Source of the DNA: a virus
Lineage: Duplodnaviria > Caudoviricetes
Length of the DNA stretch: 64,000 nt
Reading direction: 5' to 3' (one strand)
Virus record (IMG/VR): IMGVR_UViG_3300037313_000577
Span: 6,384 to 70,383 of that record
This document shows positions 47,966-57,029 of this stretch, piece after piece (the first letter of the stretch is position 1; each line of letters opens with the position of its first letter). The notes under the pieces were generated by a model, which was not told the origin of the DNA, made no database searches, and saw only the letters and a list, made by a program, of their open reading frames with translations. The translations under genes and the position numbers were made by a program.

Positions 47966-48176
47966 AACCCCTCTCTCTTTATTTACATATTATTATTATT
48001 CTTAATAATAAAATACTACATAAATAGAAAATGCATGGAAAGGTAAATTCACGTAATATTTGCGCCGACCGCACTCAAATAACACTTTACACTTTTGCAC
48101 AAAATCGCCTTTTCCAGCACCTATATCCAATCTATTTGTGTAGTATTTTCTTCTTATGAATAATAATAACAATAAA
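47966..48176. repeat. AT-rich inverted-repeat module 2 (inverted copy of module 1)
   Basis: AAAATACTACATAAATA (48010-48026) and TATTTGTGTAGTATTTT (48133-48149), 106-bp spacer, with CTCTCTC and (ATT)n on the left. Confidence 0.88.
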
Positions 48177-48534
48177 ACTTTTTTAGGGCTTCCTAATGCC
48201 TTAAACCGAAAAACACCCATAGTTACAAGTTATTCGCCTTAAACAATCTTTCCACAGCACCCTTTTTTCGCGCAACGACCCTCAAACGCGCTGTAAACTG
48301 TTTCCCTGACACCCACGCTCACACGCCCCCGCCCCCACGCAGCTCGACACCACGCACCCCCACGCTCGACCAGACCGACCCGCCCCGTTCTTTTGCACCC
48401 CCACGCCCCGCCGCACGTACCATGCACACAAAAAATAAAAAATCCCCATCCCACTCCACACCTGTGAATCGGATCACGGCCAGCTACACGTGCACGCGAT
48501 TCTTTCAATTTCCTGTCAGACTCCCCACTGAGCA

Positions 48535-48543
48535 TGTTATAAT
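48535..48543 (+). promoter_or_regulatory. extended -10 promoter upstream of the packaging operon
   Basis: TGtTATAAT about 80 bp before the ATG at 48624. Confidence 0.55.
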
Positions 48544-48623
48544 CGGGTGACAGGCAGACATAACGAGACATTTTTAGGTCCAAACACCCACAAACAGGCA
48601 CAAACGAGCACAAACAGGCGTAC

Positions 48624-49904
48624 ATGGACACAGACGGACGGACAGAAGGGACGCAGCACGTGACATCAGCGCATGATCAAGCACCCACGCCAGCGCAAGA
48701 TTTCACGTACGTGCGCATCTCCAAGGATGAGTACGCGCGCCTGCGTGACGCTGGAATTGAAGTGGCATCGCTCCAACAGCAGATCGCAGCGCTTCAAGCG
48801 CAGATCACATACTTGCAGACGCTCGCATCTCCCAACCATCCGGCCCGTGCACACACACCTACGCCGACCGCCACGCCAGCACTCGATGGTGTAGAACTCG
48901 ATCCTGACATGCGTGCACTCGTAGATCGTCACACACACGACAGCGCGCACACCGGACCTGTGAATCCGCCAACACGCACGCCCACACGCGACATGACACG
49001 CCTGGTCCTGCATGATGACGACTCGACACGCGTCAACACAGCTATCGATCCAAACGACGATACACACGCCTACACGCACACAACACTCACAGAACAAAAC
49101 TTACCCATCCCATCATTCACATCCGTCCCAACTGACAAACACGATCCGCGCAACACACGCGACCTGCCTACACCCGTACCGATGTTCAAGAGCACGGTCC
49201 GCTATGACACCATTTTCGCAGCCGTGCTTGACGAGCTACAATTAGCGCTGTATGGAACCGATTACGCGCCGCCGCGTCTGCTCACGCCGCAGAACGTGCA
49301 AACGATTATGACCTGTGTCCAGGGCGGCATGACGCGGCATCGCGCGTGTGCCATCGTCGGCATCAGCCAGCACGTCTATCGCACCTGGCGGAGTCGCGCA
49401 GAGGATGAAGAAGAACCGTACGCGACCTTCTTCATGCTCTTTGACATGGCCGAAGCACGCACGGAAGCGCAACTGATTGCTTCATGGAGCGCACACGCGC
49501 GCATCTCATGGCAAGCTGCCCAGGCCCTTGCACGTGCACGCTTCCCCGACTGGAACGACGCCGCCGCAACGAAGGAGATCAACAAGCAAGAGATCGCACG
49601 CATGACGGTGGATGAGTTGCGCTCGCAGATCGGAGCCGAACGCGCCAAACAGATCGAAGCCGAAGTTCGCAGCGCGCGTGCACTCCCGGCCCCGCCAGCA
49701 GCAGACGCGTCCACCAACACCACCAATCCCATCGATCAGATCGCCTATCGTCAAACTGGCATGCAAGCGCGCATACCAGACGACGGCGACAATGACGACG
49801 GCAATGACGCCAACCCTGTGAATCGGCCCACGTACGATGAAATCCATCTCGCACGCACATACACACACGTGGACGATCCAGACGACACCGTAGCCAGCGA
49901 CTAA
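48624..49904 (+). CDS. terminase small subunit-like protein with long low-complexity N-terminal extension
   Basis: GGMTRHRACAIVGISQHVYRTW HTH plus F...FDMAEARTEA...W..AA..LAR.R.P..W. First gene of the packaging operon. Confidence 0.65.
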   Translation: MDTDGRTEGTQHVTSAHDQAPTPAQDFTYVRISKDEYARLRDAGIEVASLQQQIAALQAQITYLQTLASPNHPARAHTPTPTATPALDGVELDPDMRALVDRHTHDSAHTGPVNPPTRTPTRDMTRLVLHDDDSTRVNTAIDPNDDTHAYTHTTLTEQNLPIPSFTSVPTDKHDPRNTRDLPTPVPMFKSTVRYDTIFAAVLDELQLALYGTDYAPPRLLTPQNVQTIMTCVQGGMTRHRACAIVGISQHVYRTWRSRAEDEEEPYATFFMLFDMAEARTEAQLIASWSAHARISWQAAQALARARFPDWNDAAATKEINKQEIARMTVDELRSQIGAERAKQIEAEVRSARALPAPPAADASTNTTNPIDQIAYRQTGMQARIPDDGDNDDGNDANPVNRPTYDEIHLARTYTHVDDPDDTVASD

Positions 49905-49939
49905 GCACTACACACAACACACAGAGAGCAACGGAGCAC

Positions 49940-50314
49940 ATGATGACTGATGTACGACCGAATATCGCTGTGCGCGACAAGTATAAAGGCGAGCTACCGG
50001 ATCGCGCCATACTCGATCTCTTAGAGAAGCCGCCGATGCGTGAGCGCATCCGCACAGCACTCGCACAATACGCACACGACGACGCATGGTCCGGTTGGAT
50101 GCGCTATCTCCTGAGCAAATGCACGCACAACGACGACGGATCGGCAACGATTCCCGCGTGGGCAGTGGAACGCTGGCAGCGCCAGATCACCACGCCCTTC
50201 ACCGACTTACCAGAATCCGAACGCGCATCTGATTACGACGAAGCGGACGCGATGCTCGCTGCAATCGCCCACGCACTCGCATCCAACACTCCCCACCAGG
50301 AGACTACACCATGA
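49940..50314 (+). CDS. hypothetical phage protein
   Basis: AHDAWSGWMRYL...WAVERWQRQITTPFTDLPESERASD. Confidence 0.6.
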   Translation: MMTDVRPNIAVRDKYKGELPDRAILDLLEKPPMRERIRTALAQYAHDDAWSGWMRYLLSKCTHNDDGSATIPAWAVERWQRQITTPFTDLPESERASDYDEADAMLAAIAHALASNTPHQETTP

Positions 50315-50631
50315 CGACACTCACGTTTCCATCCGGTACGGGTATGGCGACGATCCTGCTGCTCTCAATCCTCTCCCCGCTCATCATCGCCACGATCACA
50401 CGCCCGCATTGGGACTCGAAATTGAAGCTCCTCCTTGCATTCATCGTCGTGTGCCTCTGCACCATCGTCGGCCAACTCCTTGACGGTCAGTTTAACTTCC
50501 CGTTCAATAACGCATTTTATCTGCTTGTCCTCGCCGCGTTCGGATCACAGCAAGGCGTGTTCTCGCTGTTCAAGGATCAATTCCGCGCGATTGAGGCAGC
50601 AACCAGCACAAGCACATGGTCACGCAAGTGA
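50311..50631 (+). CDS. holin-like three-TM membrane protein
   Basis: AGGAG RBS, three hydrophobic segments, charged C-terminus. Confidence 0.55.
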   Translation: MTTLTFPSGTGMATILLLSILSPLIIATITRPHWDSKLKLLLAFIVVCLCTIVGQLLDGQFNFPFNNAFYLLVLAAFGSQQGVFSLFKDQFRAIEAATSTSTWSRK

Positions 50632-51128
50632 ACAACAATACACCGCTCGACACTGTGATCACGCAGACGCTCGCAGCAGAACGACACGCACGCACGAACG
50701 CGAACGCACCCACGAACGCGGACACGAACGCGAACGCAAACCAGAGCATCGTCGCCTTGCAATCCATCGTGCACTTTCGTATTCCCGGCCTCCGCAGTGG
50801 ACGCGAAGTGACGGTGATCTTACGCATGCGTGTGCACGTGCCGATCCCGCCTGACGACGCCGATACGATTGAACCACTCGAATTCGAGATCACGTATCCG
50901 CGCGCGTGGTGGGCACGCATGATCCAAAAGATCAAGGATAACGAGCGCATCACGCTCCTGCCGTGCGACACGGACACAATCAGCGTCGTCCTACTCGATC
51001 CGCCGACCGGCGCGCGCTTGTTCGCGGACATCCCGCAGTGTCCCGGCTGGACTTCCAACAACGACGCCACAATCCACATCGATTACGACGGCACGCCATA
51101 TATACGCGCGGAGATCAGCACGCGATGA
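50616..51128 (+). CDS. hypothetical protein
   Basis: 170 aa with a TNANAP/TNADTN repeat. Confidence 0.5.
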   Translation: MVTQVNNNTPLDTVITQTLAAERHARTNANAPTNADTNANANQSIVALQSIVHFRIPGLRSGREVTVILRMRVHVPIPPDDADTIEPLEFEITYPRAWWARMIQKIKDNERITLLPCDTDTISVVLLDPPTGARLFADIPQCPGWTSNNDATIHIDYDGTPYIRAEISTR

Positions 51129-51808
51129 ACACACACGCACTCGACGCACCACAGATCCCGCCGACCGTTGCGATCACACCGATCCGTGCTGTGATCGCCA
51201 AACTGGTCGATCTCGATCCGCTCACACCCCACACCATCGTGAACGTTTGCGCTGGCAACGGCGTGTGGGGACGCATCATCGCACAGGCACTTCCGTCCGC
51301 ACGCGTGATCGGTTTCGATCACACGCGCTATGCGCCGCATTACTACTACGACTACGAGCACATGTACGTCTGCAACATCTTGAATGCCGCGCGCGAACAT
51401 GCGCACGCTCATCCCTACGCGAACACGCACATGGCAACGAGCGGACCAGCCGCAGCCTGTGATCTGGTCGTCGGCACGCCGCCACGCGTCGATCTGAGCG
51501 CGTACGCCGCCGCATGCATGCATCTGTGGCCGCGCGCGACGTGCGTCCTTGTGGGCGATTCACAGCCTGACATGGGCGCAAATGCGATGTGGTACATCGA
51601 CTCATCGGACAGCGCCGCACACATCTGGACGGATGACGCGCGCTATCACACGCAGACGATCCTACGCAGCCCGTACGATCCGCGCGAAGCGTTTGAGCGC
51701 CGACTCCGCGCGCTCGACCGCAGGCACGGACCTGTGAATCCGGCCAGCACGCCGCTCCGCGCTGAATCGTACGCAGATCTTGTCAACGATGCCGACACGT
51801 ACCACTAG
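51125..51808 (+). CDS. degenerate methyltransferase-fold protein
   Basis: IVNVCAGNGVWG resembles motif I of 17075..17725. NPPF is replaced by GTPPR. Confidence 0.5.
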   Translation: MNTHALDAPQIPPTVAITPIRAVIAKLVDLDPLTPHTIVNVCAGNGVWGRIIAQALPSARVIGFDHTRYAPHYYYDYEHMYVCNILNAAREHAHAHPYANTHMATSGPAAACDLVVGTPPRVDLSAYAAACMHLWPRATCVLVGDSQPDMGANAMWYIDSSDSAAHIWTDDARYHTQTILRSPYDPREAFERRLRALDRRHGPVNPASTPLRAESYADLVNDADTYH

Positions 51809-53597
51809 ACTCGATGCAGAAACGCAGCGCCAGCTTGAATTAGAGTATGCGCTTCGCGTGCACATGGAACAGGAGATCGCACACGCTGCCGTATGGGAAC
51901 CGCGCAGCGTCGTGCAGCAAACCGCGCTTGACTCCCCGGCAGACGAATTGTTTTTCGGCGGAGCCGGGGGCGGAGGCAAAACTGATCTTCTGATTGGCGT
52001 GGCCTGCACGCAGCATCGTCGGTCGATCATCTTCCGCCGTGAATTTCCGCAACTGCGTGAGATCATCATGCGTTTGTATGAGATCTTGGGCGACACGGAT
52101 GCGAAATATAATCAAGCCACGCACGTGTGGCGCAACATTCCTGGTGGACGCATGCTCGAACTGGGTGCCGTCCAACACGACGCACATAAGAGCAAGTATC
52201 AGGGACGTGCACACGATTTCAAAGGCTATGACGAATTGCCGCAGTTCACGAAGGAGATCTACAAGTTCACAAGTGGCTGGCTTCGTACGACCGTCCCTGA
52301 TCAGCGCACGCGCATCATCGGCGCGGGAAATCCGCCCATGAACGCAGAGGGCTACTGGGTGATCGACTACTGGGGGCCATGGCTCAATAAAAGCGATCCG
52401 CTCTACGGCAAAGTGTTACCGGGCGAACTTGTGTGGTACATCACCGATCCGGCAGACGGCAGTGAACACGTGGTGGAGAATCCTGAACGCATCTATGTCA
52501 AGGGACTCCCCATCGATCCGGTCTCACGCACGTTCATCCCGGCCACGCTTGCCGATAACCCTTACTTACGCAACACGCGCTACGCGTCGGTGGTGAATGC
52601 GCTGCCTGAGCCGATGCGCTCACGCATGTTGTTTGGCGACTTCGAGATCAAACCCGAAGATCGCGACTGGCAGATCGTTCCAAGCGCGTGGTTTCAAGCC
52701 GCAACCGAACGCTGGCGACGACGTGGTGCGCCGAGCGCACCCATCTCTGTGATCTCGATTGACGTGGCGCATGGCGGCAGTGACAAGACAACCATCGGCG
52801 CGCGCTACGGCGATTTCGTGGATGCGATTGCGCGTTTTCCTGGGAGTGAGACACAGGACGGACGCGCCGTCGTCGTCAAGTTGCTGGAAGCGTTCGGACT
52901 CTCGACGGACACCATCGATACAACGTCGTGGGCATCGACGCGCTTTGGACAGATTCCGATCCACATCGACGCCGTTGGCTACGGCGCAAGCGCGTTCGAT
53001 GAGCTGCGTGCATTGGGATTCAATGTGTGGCCTGTGATCGGCAACGAAGGCACGGAGGCAACCGACTATACCGAAGTGTTGCCGCTCACGAACAAGCGCG
53101 CGGAGATGTACTGGCGTTTGCGGGAAGCACTCGATCCCGCGCTTGGCAGCACGCTCGCACTCCCACCCGATCATGAGCTAGAGATTGAGATCACCGCGCC
53201 GACGTGGACGATGGGCGCGCAAGGCATTCAAGTACTCAGGAAGATCGATGTGAAATCGTTGATCGGACGCTCGCCGGATAAAGCGGATTGCATCGCGCAG
53301 ATGTTTCTGGATTACACGCACGATTATTCATCCTATCCCACGTCGTCGGCGGAGATTCGTCTCCCAGTGGGCGCATCGCCGCACGCGCCGATCTTGCAGA
53401 AACAACGCGAGATCGCCGCACAACGCGAGCGTGCCGAACGCGCGCGCAATGCAGGTAGGTCGAGAGTTCCATCAATCGGACGGCCGCAATTCAACGGCCA
53501 CGCAACAGTACACGGTGGATTCGCACCCAAGAGCGGCAGCGCACGCATCGTCTATGGGCGCAACGGCGCACTTGAAATTGTACGGGAGGGGAACTAG
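51780..53597 (+). CDS. terL: terminase large subunit
   Basis: FFGGAGGGGKT Walker A, KGYDELPQF Walker B, GAGNPP, DNPYL, nuclease ISIDVAHGGSDKT, HIDAVGYG, SPDKADC. Confidence 0.95.
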   Translation: MSTMPTRTTRLDAETQRQLELEYALRVHMEQEIAHAAVWEPRSVVQQTALDSPADELFFGGAGGGGKTDLLIGVACTQHRRSIIFRREFPQLREIIMRLYEILGDTDAKYNQATHVWRNIPGGRMLELGAVQHDAHKSKYQGRAHDFKGYDELPQFTKEIYKFTSGWLRTTVPDQRTRIIGAGNPPMNAEGYWVIDYWGPWLNKSDPLYGKVLPGELVWYITDPADGSEHVVENPERIYVKGLPIDPVSRTFIPATLADNPYLRNTRYASVVNALPEPMRSRMLFGDFEIKPEDRDWQIVPSAWFQAATERWRRRGAPSAPISVISIDVAHGGSDKTTIGARYGDFVDAIARFPGSETQDGRAVVVKLLEAFGLSTDTIDTTSWASTRFGQIPIHIDAVGYGASAFDELRALGFNVWPVIGNEGTEATDYTEVLPLTNKRAEMYWRLREALDPALGSTLALPPDHELEIEITAPTWTMGAQGIQVLRKIDVKSLIGRSPDKADCIAQMFLDYTHDYSSYPTSSAEIRLPVGASPHAPILQKQREIAAQRERAERARNAGRSRVPSIGRPQFNGHATVHGGFAPKSGSARIVYGRNGALEIVREGN

Positions 53598-55324
53598 TGG
53601 ATGATTTGATCCTATCGGACAGAGTTGCGCGGCCCGGTGTTTCCGCCGACACGCCGCCGATTCTGATCGCGTCGAACGTGCAAGTGCGCAACACGCGCCG
53701 CACGATCCCCGGCAACCTTGAATTTGACCGCGCCGATCTGCGCTGGATCGCGCGCCAGATCGCACGCACGCTGGCAGGGGACTACACCGTTAATCAACGC
53801 TTCTACGACGGCGATCACTGGCAAAGCGCAAGCGGTTGGATCGGACCGATCCCCGATCCGAACGATACCGGCGCATCCGAAGTGATCGAGACGATCCGCA
53901 AGTCGTTCGTGTCGGAGAACGTGATCAAGGAAGTTATAGATCGCAAAGCGCAAGCGGCTGTGGGACGCGAACCCGCGTGGACGTGGGCACCAGTCCGCAC
54001 ACTCGCGGATGGTGAAGCGCCGAACGACGAAGAATCCGCGCTGATTCAAGAACTCAACGATGCCATCACCGCGTGGTGGGATACGCGCGGCGCGCATGCG
54101 CTCTTTGAGCGGGCTGTGATCCACGGGCTGCTTGCCGGGAAAGGACCGCTCCGTTTGTTTTTGCCGAGCGGATTCTTAGGCGCGGACGGTGAGATCCCGC
54201 CGATTACCACGCTCGCGGATGCGCTTGATCTGATCTACGCCGACGCACCCGCGCCGGATGAATGCACGGTGATCGTCAACGGCAACACGATGGAGCGCGC
54301 GGGGATGTACGCCTACCGCGACGATGATAATAAACGCGTGGGCGAGATCTGTTTCACGCGCGGGATCGGCAAACAGGCGCGCACGATCTTACGCGCGTTC
54401 TCCGCACAGTCGAGCGCGGCGCAAGCAAGTGTGCTGGTCGGCACAAGCGATAGTGTAGTGGACGGCAGCGACATCGAAATGGATCTTGGTGGACGCATCA
54501 CCATCGGCCAGCTTGAGATCGACAAGCTGATCAGCGAACAGATCCGCACGTTGCAGATGTTACTGAATCTGAACATGACGATGGCAGCGGAGAACGTCAA
54601 GGTTGCAGGCTTCTTGGAGCGCGTGATCTTGAACGGTCAGATGCCAGGACACATCGAAAGCGATCCGAGCGATCCCACGAATCGCGCGAAAGATCGGTGG
54701 GTGAAGGACGATTATCAGGTCGGACCAGGATCGATCAACTACATTGCAGGAAATCTGCTTTATGACAAGGAAGGCAAGATCATTGGGATCTCCAATCCAC
54801 AGATGCAGTATCGAACTCCCGTTCCGGTTGACTCATTCAGCGGCACCCGCGAATTGGTCTACGCAAGCATTCTTGGTCAGGCGCAACAATTGCATTATCT
54901 GCTCGCATCCGAGCAGTACGCCTCTGGTGAATCGCGCAAGCAAGCCCGCGCGGACTTTGAAGCGTCCCTGCGCAAAACGCGCGCGCAACTGAACATCTTT
55001 GGACGTTGGTTTCTTGAAACACTCGTAACCTTCGGCGCGTGGCTGATGGACGATCCGCATCGCTACGATACGATCCGGTGTGTCTTTGACGCGCGCATCG
55101 ATCCGGGGCCAGCGACGACGGAGACGATTCGCGCCGCGATTGAATTGTACGACGACGGCGTGATCTCACGCGAAGCCGCACAAACGTGGTCAGGCGTGGA
55201 CGATCCTGACGCGATGTCAGCACAGATCGCCAAAGAACGCGCGGCAGGTATCATGCCACCACCGAAAACGCAAGCCATGGGTAGCTCGACAGGAGGGATC
55301 ACGCCGCCGAACACACAGACATAA
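53597..55324 (+). CDS. portal protein
   Basis: 575 aa directly after terL. RFYDGDHW...NVIKEVIDR and ASGESRK portal-type motifs. Confidence 0.85.
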   Translation: MDDLILSDRVARPGVSADTPPILIASNVQVRNTRRTIPGNLEFDRADLRWIARQIARTLAGDYTVNQRFYDGDHWQSASGWIGPIPDPNDTGASEVIETIRKSFVSENVIKEVIDRKAQAAVGREPAWTWAPVRTLADGEAPNDEESALIQELNDAITAWWDTRGAHALFERAVIHGLLAGKGPLRLFLPSGFLGADGEIPPITTLADALDLIYADAPAPDECTVIVNGNTMERAGMYAYRDDDNKRVGEICFTRGIGKQARTILRAFSAQSSAAQASVLVGTSDSVVDGSDIEMDLGGRITIGQLEIDKLISEQIRTLQMLLNLNMTMAAENVKVAGFLERVILNGQMPGHIESDPSDPTNRAKDRWVKDDYQVGPGSINYIAGNLLYDKEGKIIGISNPQMQYRTPVPVDSFSGTRELVYASILGQAQQLHYLLASEQYASGESRKQARADFEASLRKTRAQLNIFGRWFLETLVTFGAWLMDDPHRYDTIRCVFDARIDPGPATTETIRAAIELYDDGVISREAAQTWSGVDDPDAMSAQIAKERAAGIMPPPKTQAMGSSTGGITPPNTQT

Positions 55325-55399
55325 ACGATTCGGACACGCACGGGACGCGCGCTCACGCACGCGCGAGCCTGTGATCACCGCTCGGTACACGCAGACGGA

Positions 55400-55419
55400 A
55401 GTATAAAATATGCTATAAT
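55400..55419 (+). promoter_or_regulatory. AGTATAAAAT box plus extended -10 promoter of the head genes
   Basis: AGTATAAAAT (55400-55409), then TGcTATAAT (55411-55419), then GGAGG. Confidence 0.6.
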
Positions 55420-55434
55420 AACGATGGAGGTTGC

Positions 55435-56301
55435 ATGTTACTCAGCACTGATCTCTGGAATCGATTCGCTCCGTACTTAGAACCAGACGACGGTGGTACG
55501 TCTGGTGGCGGCGCAAGCGATACCGCACGGGCCGACGACGACGATGCAAGCGATGACGATTCCGGCGAGCAATCAGATGACGACGCAGAGGAAGATGCAG
55601 ATGATGATGCATCTGCCGACGCACCGCCGACACTTTCACCGGAGCAAGCCTTTGAAAAGCTGATGAAGCGATTCAACGGCGATGCACACGCGGCAGCGGA
55701 GCATCTGTTTCGACAGGGCTATCGCACGCGCGTGCGTCTGCGACTCAAGACCGATGAAGTTAAAGATCTGCAACGCCAACTCCCCAAGAACGGGCGCTAC
55801 CTGACGAAAAAGGATGCGCAAGTGTTCGATCAGTATCGCGCGCTCAAGCTCTCACCCCAACAGATCAGCGCGCGACTCGGAGAACATGCAACCCTGCAAC
55901 AACAAGTGGCTGCGCAAACACGCGAAAGTACGCTACGCGATGTAGCGGAGACAGAGAGCGCCAAATTCTCTGTTTTGCGTGAGCTTGGCAAAGATCTCAC
56001 CTATGAGATCAAAGAGGTTGATGGCGTACGTACGGCGTACGTGCGTGTCACAGGTGCCGACAACACAGTAGCACTCAAACCTCTGCGCGAGTATGCCGAA
56101 GAAACATGGCCGGATTTCACCGTCGCGCTCTTTCCCGATGGCGGCGATACTGCGAATCGCGGACGGCGCACGTTTACGCGCCAACCAGGACCATCGGATC
56201 GCAAGAATGGTACGGCGACATCCGACATCAAAGGCACCGCGCAAAATTACGTGCGTACGCGCTACGCACGTCCAGGCAAGAAACAGGAGCAGAACGCGTA
56301 A
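55435..56301 (+). CDS. capsid scaffolding protein
   Basis: Acidic N-terminus and coiled coils, located between portal and capsid genes. Confidence 0.7.
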   Translation: MLLSTDLWNRFAPYLEPDDGGTSGGGASDTARADDDDASDDDSGEQSDDDAEEDADDDASADAPPTLSPEQAFEKLMKRFNGDAHAAAEHLFRQGYRTRVRLRLKTDEVKDLQRQLPKNGRYLTKKDAQVFDQYRALKLSPQQISARLGEHATLQQQVAAQTRESTLRDVAETESAKFSVLRELGKDLTYEIKEVDGVRTAYVRVTGADNTVALKPLREYAEETWPDFTVALFPDGGDTANRGRRTFTRQPGPSDRKNGTATSDIKGTAQNYVRTRYARPGKKQEQNA

Positions 56302-56411
56302 GTACGCGTGTGCTCCACGCAGCCGTACGCGCACGCACGCAAGCGAAGCGTACACGCATGCACCATTTTCACTGATGTTCACGTACAGTGTACGCGAACG
56401 TGGATACAACA

Positions 56412-57026
56412 ATGGGAATCGAATATAGCGGTCGGCAGACTTTCGTGCATCCCAGGTGGGCGAAAGACTATTTCAACCGTGATAGCGTGCTTCCCGGTGG
56501 TGTCAAAGTTGATCCGACGCAGTTTCCGCGCGAAGGAGCGGTGCAAGTCACCGTCAACGGCGCGGTAACGGCAGGTGCAACGTCGATCACCGTGGACGCG
56601 CTAACCGGGCCGATTCCTGCCAATACGATGTTGCGTTTCACAGGCGGCCAGATGGCATTCGTGAATGCAGCAGCGGCGACAGGAGCGACGACGCTTGCGG
56701 TAGACGCACTTGGCTTCGACATCCCTGATAACGCGGCAGCGTGGTATATGGGATCGGGCAAAGTGACGATTGTGGATGGGACTCTGATCGGGCGCACTTT
56801 TGCAGAACGTGACGCGAAAACGCCCTTCGGTCCTGCTGTGTCCACCGACGAAGAAGTGTATGCACTTGTGCATACGATTGACGACGCGATCAGAAACAAC
56901 GATGCAGACGTGTATCGCCACGGTCGGTTGATTGACGAAACGCATTTTCCGGGTTGGGCATCGCTTTCGGGCGCAATGCAAACCCTGGTGCGCTCGCTCT
57001 ATCAGACGACAATAGGAGTCGACTAG
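56412..57026 (+). CDS. head decoration / capsid-stabilising protein
   Basis: Precedes the major capsid gene. GTLIGR...FGPA motif with an Ala/Thr-rich insertion. Confidence 0.65.
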   Translation: MGIEYSGRQTFVHPRWAKDYFNRDSVLPGGVKVDPTQFPREGAVQVTVNGAVTAGATSITVDALTGPIPANTMLRFTGGQMAFVNAAAATGATTLAVDALGFDIPDNAAAWYMGSGKVTIVDGTLIGRTFAERDAKTPFGPAVSTDEEVYALVHTIDDAIRNNDADVYRHGRLIDETHFPGWASLSGAMQTLVRSLYQTTIGVD

Positions 57027-57029
57027 GCG

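Noticed and set aside
46423-48631. ORFs called in the 46-48.6 kb gap
   Set aside because: No RBS, low-complexity His/Cys/Met-rich translations, inconsistent strands.
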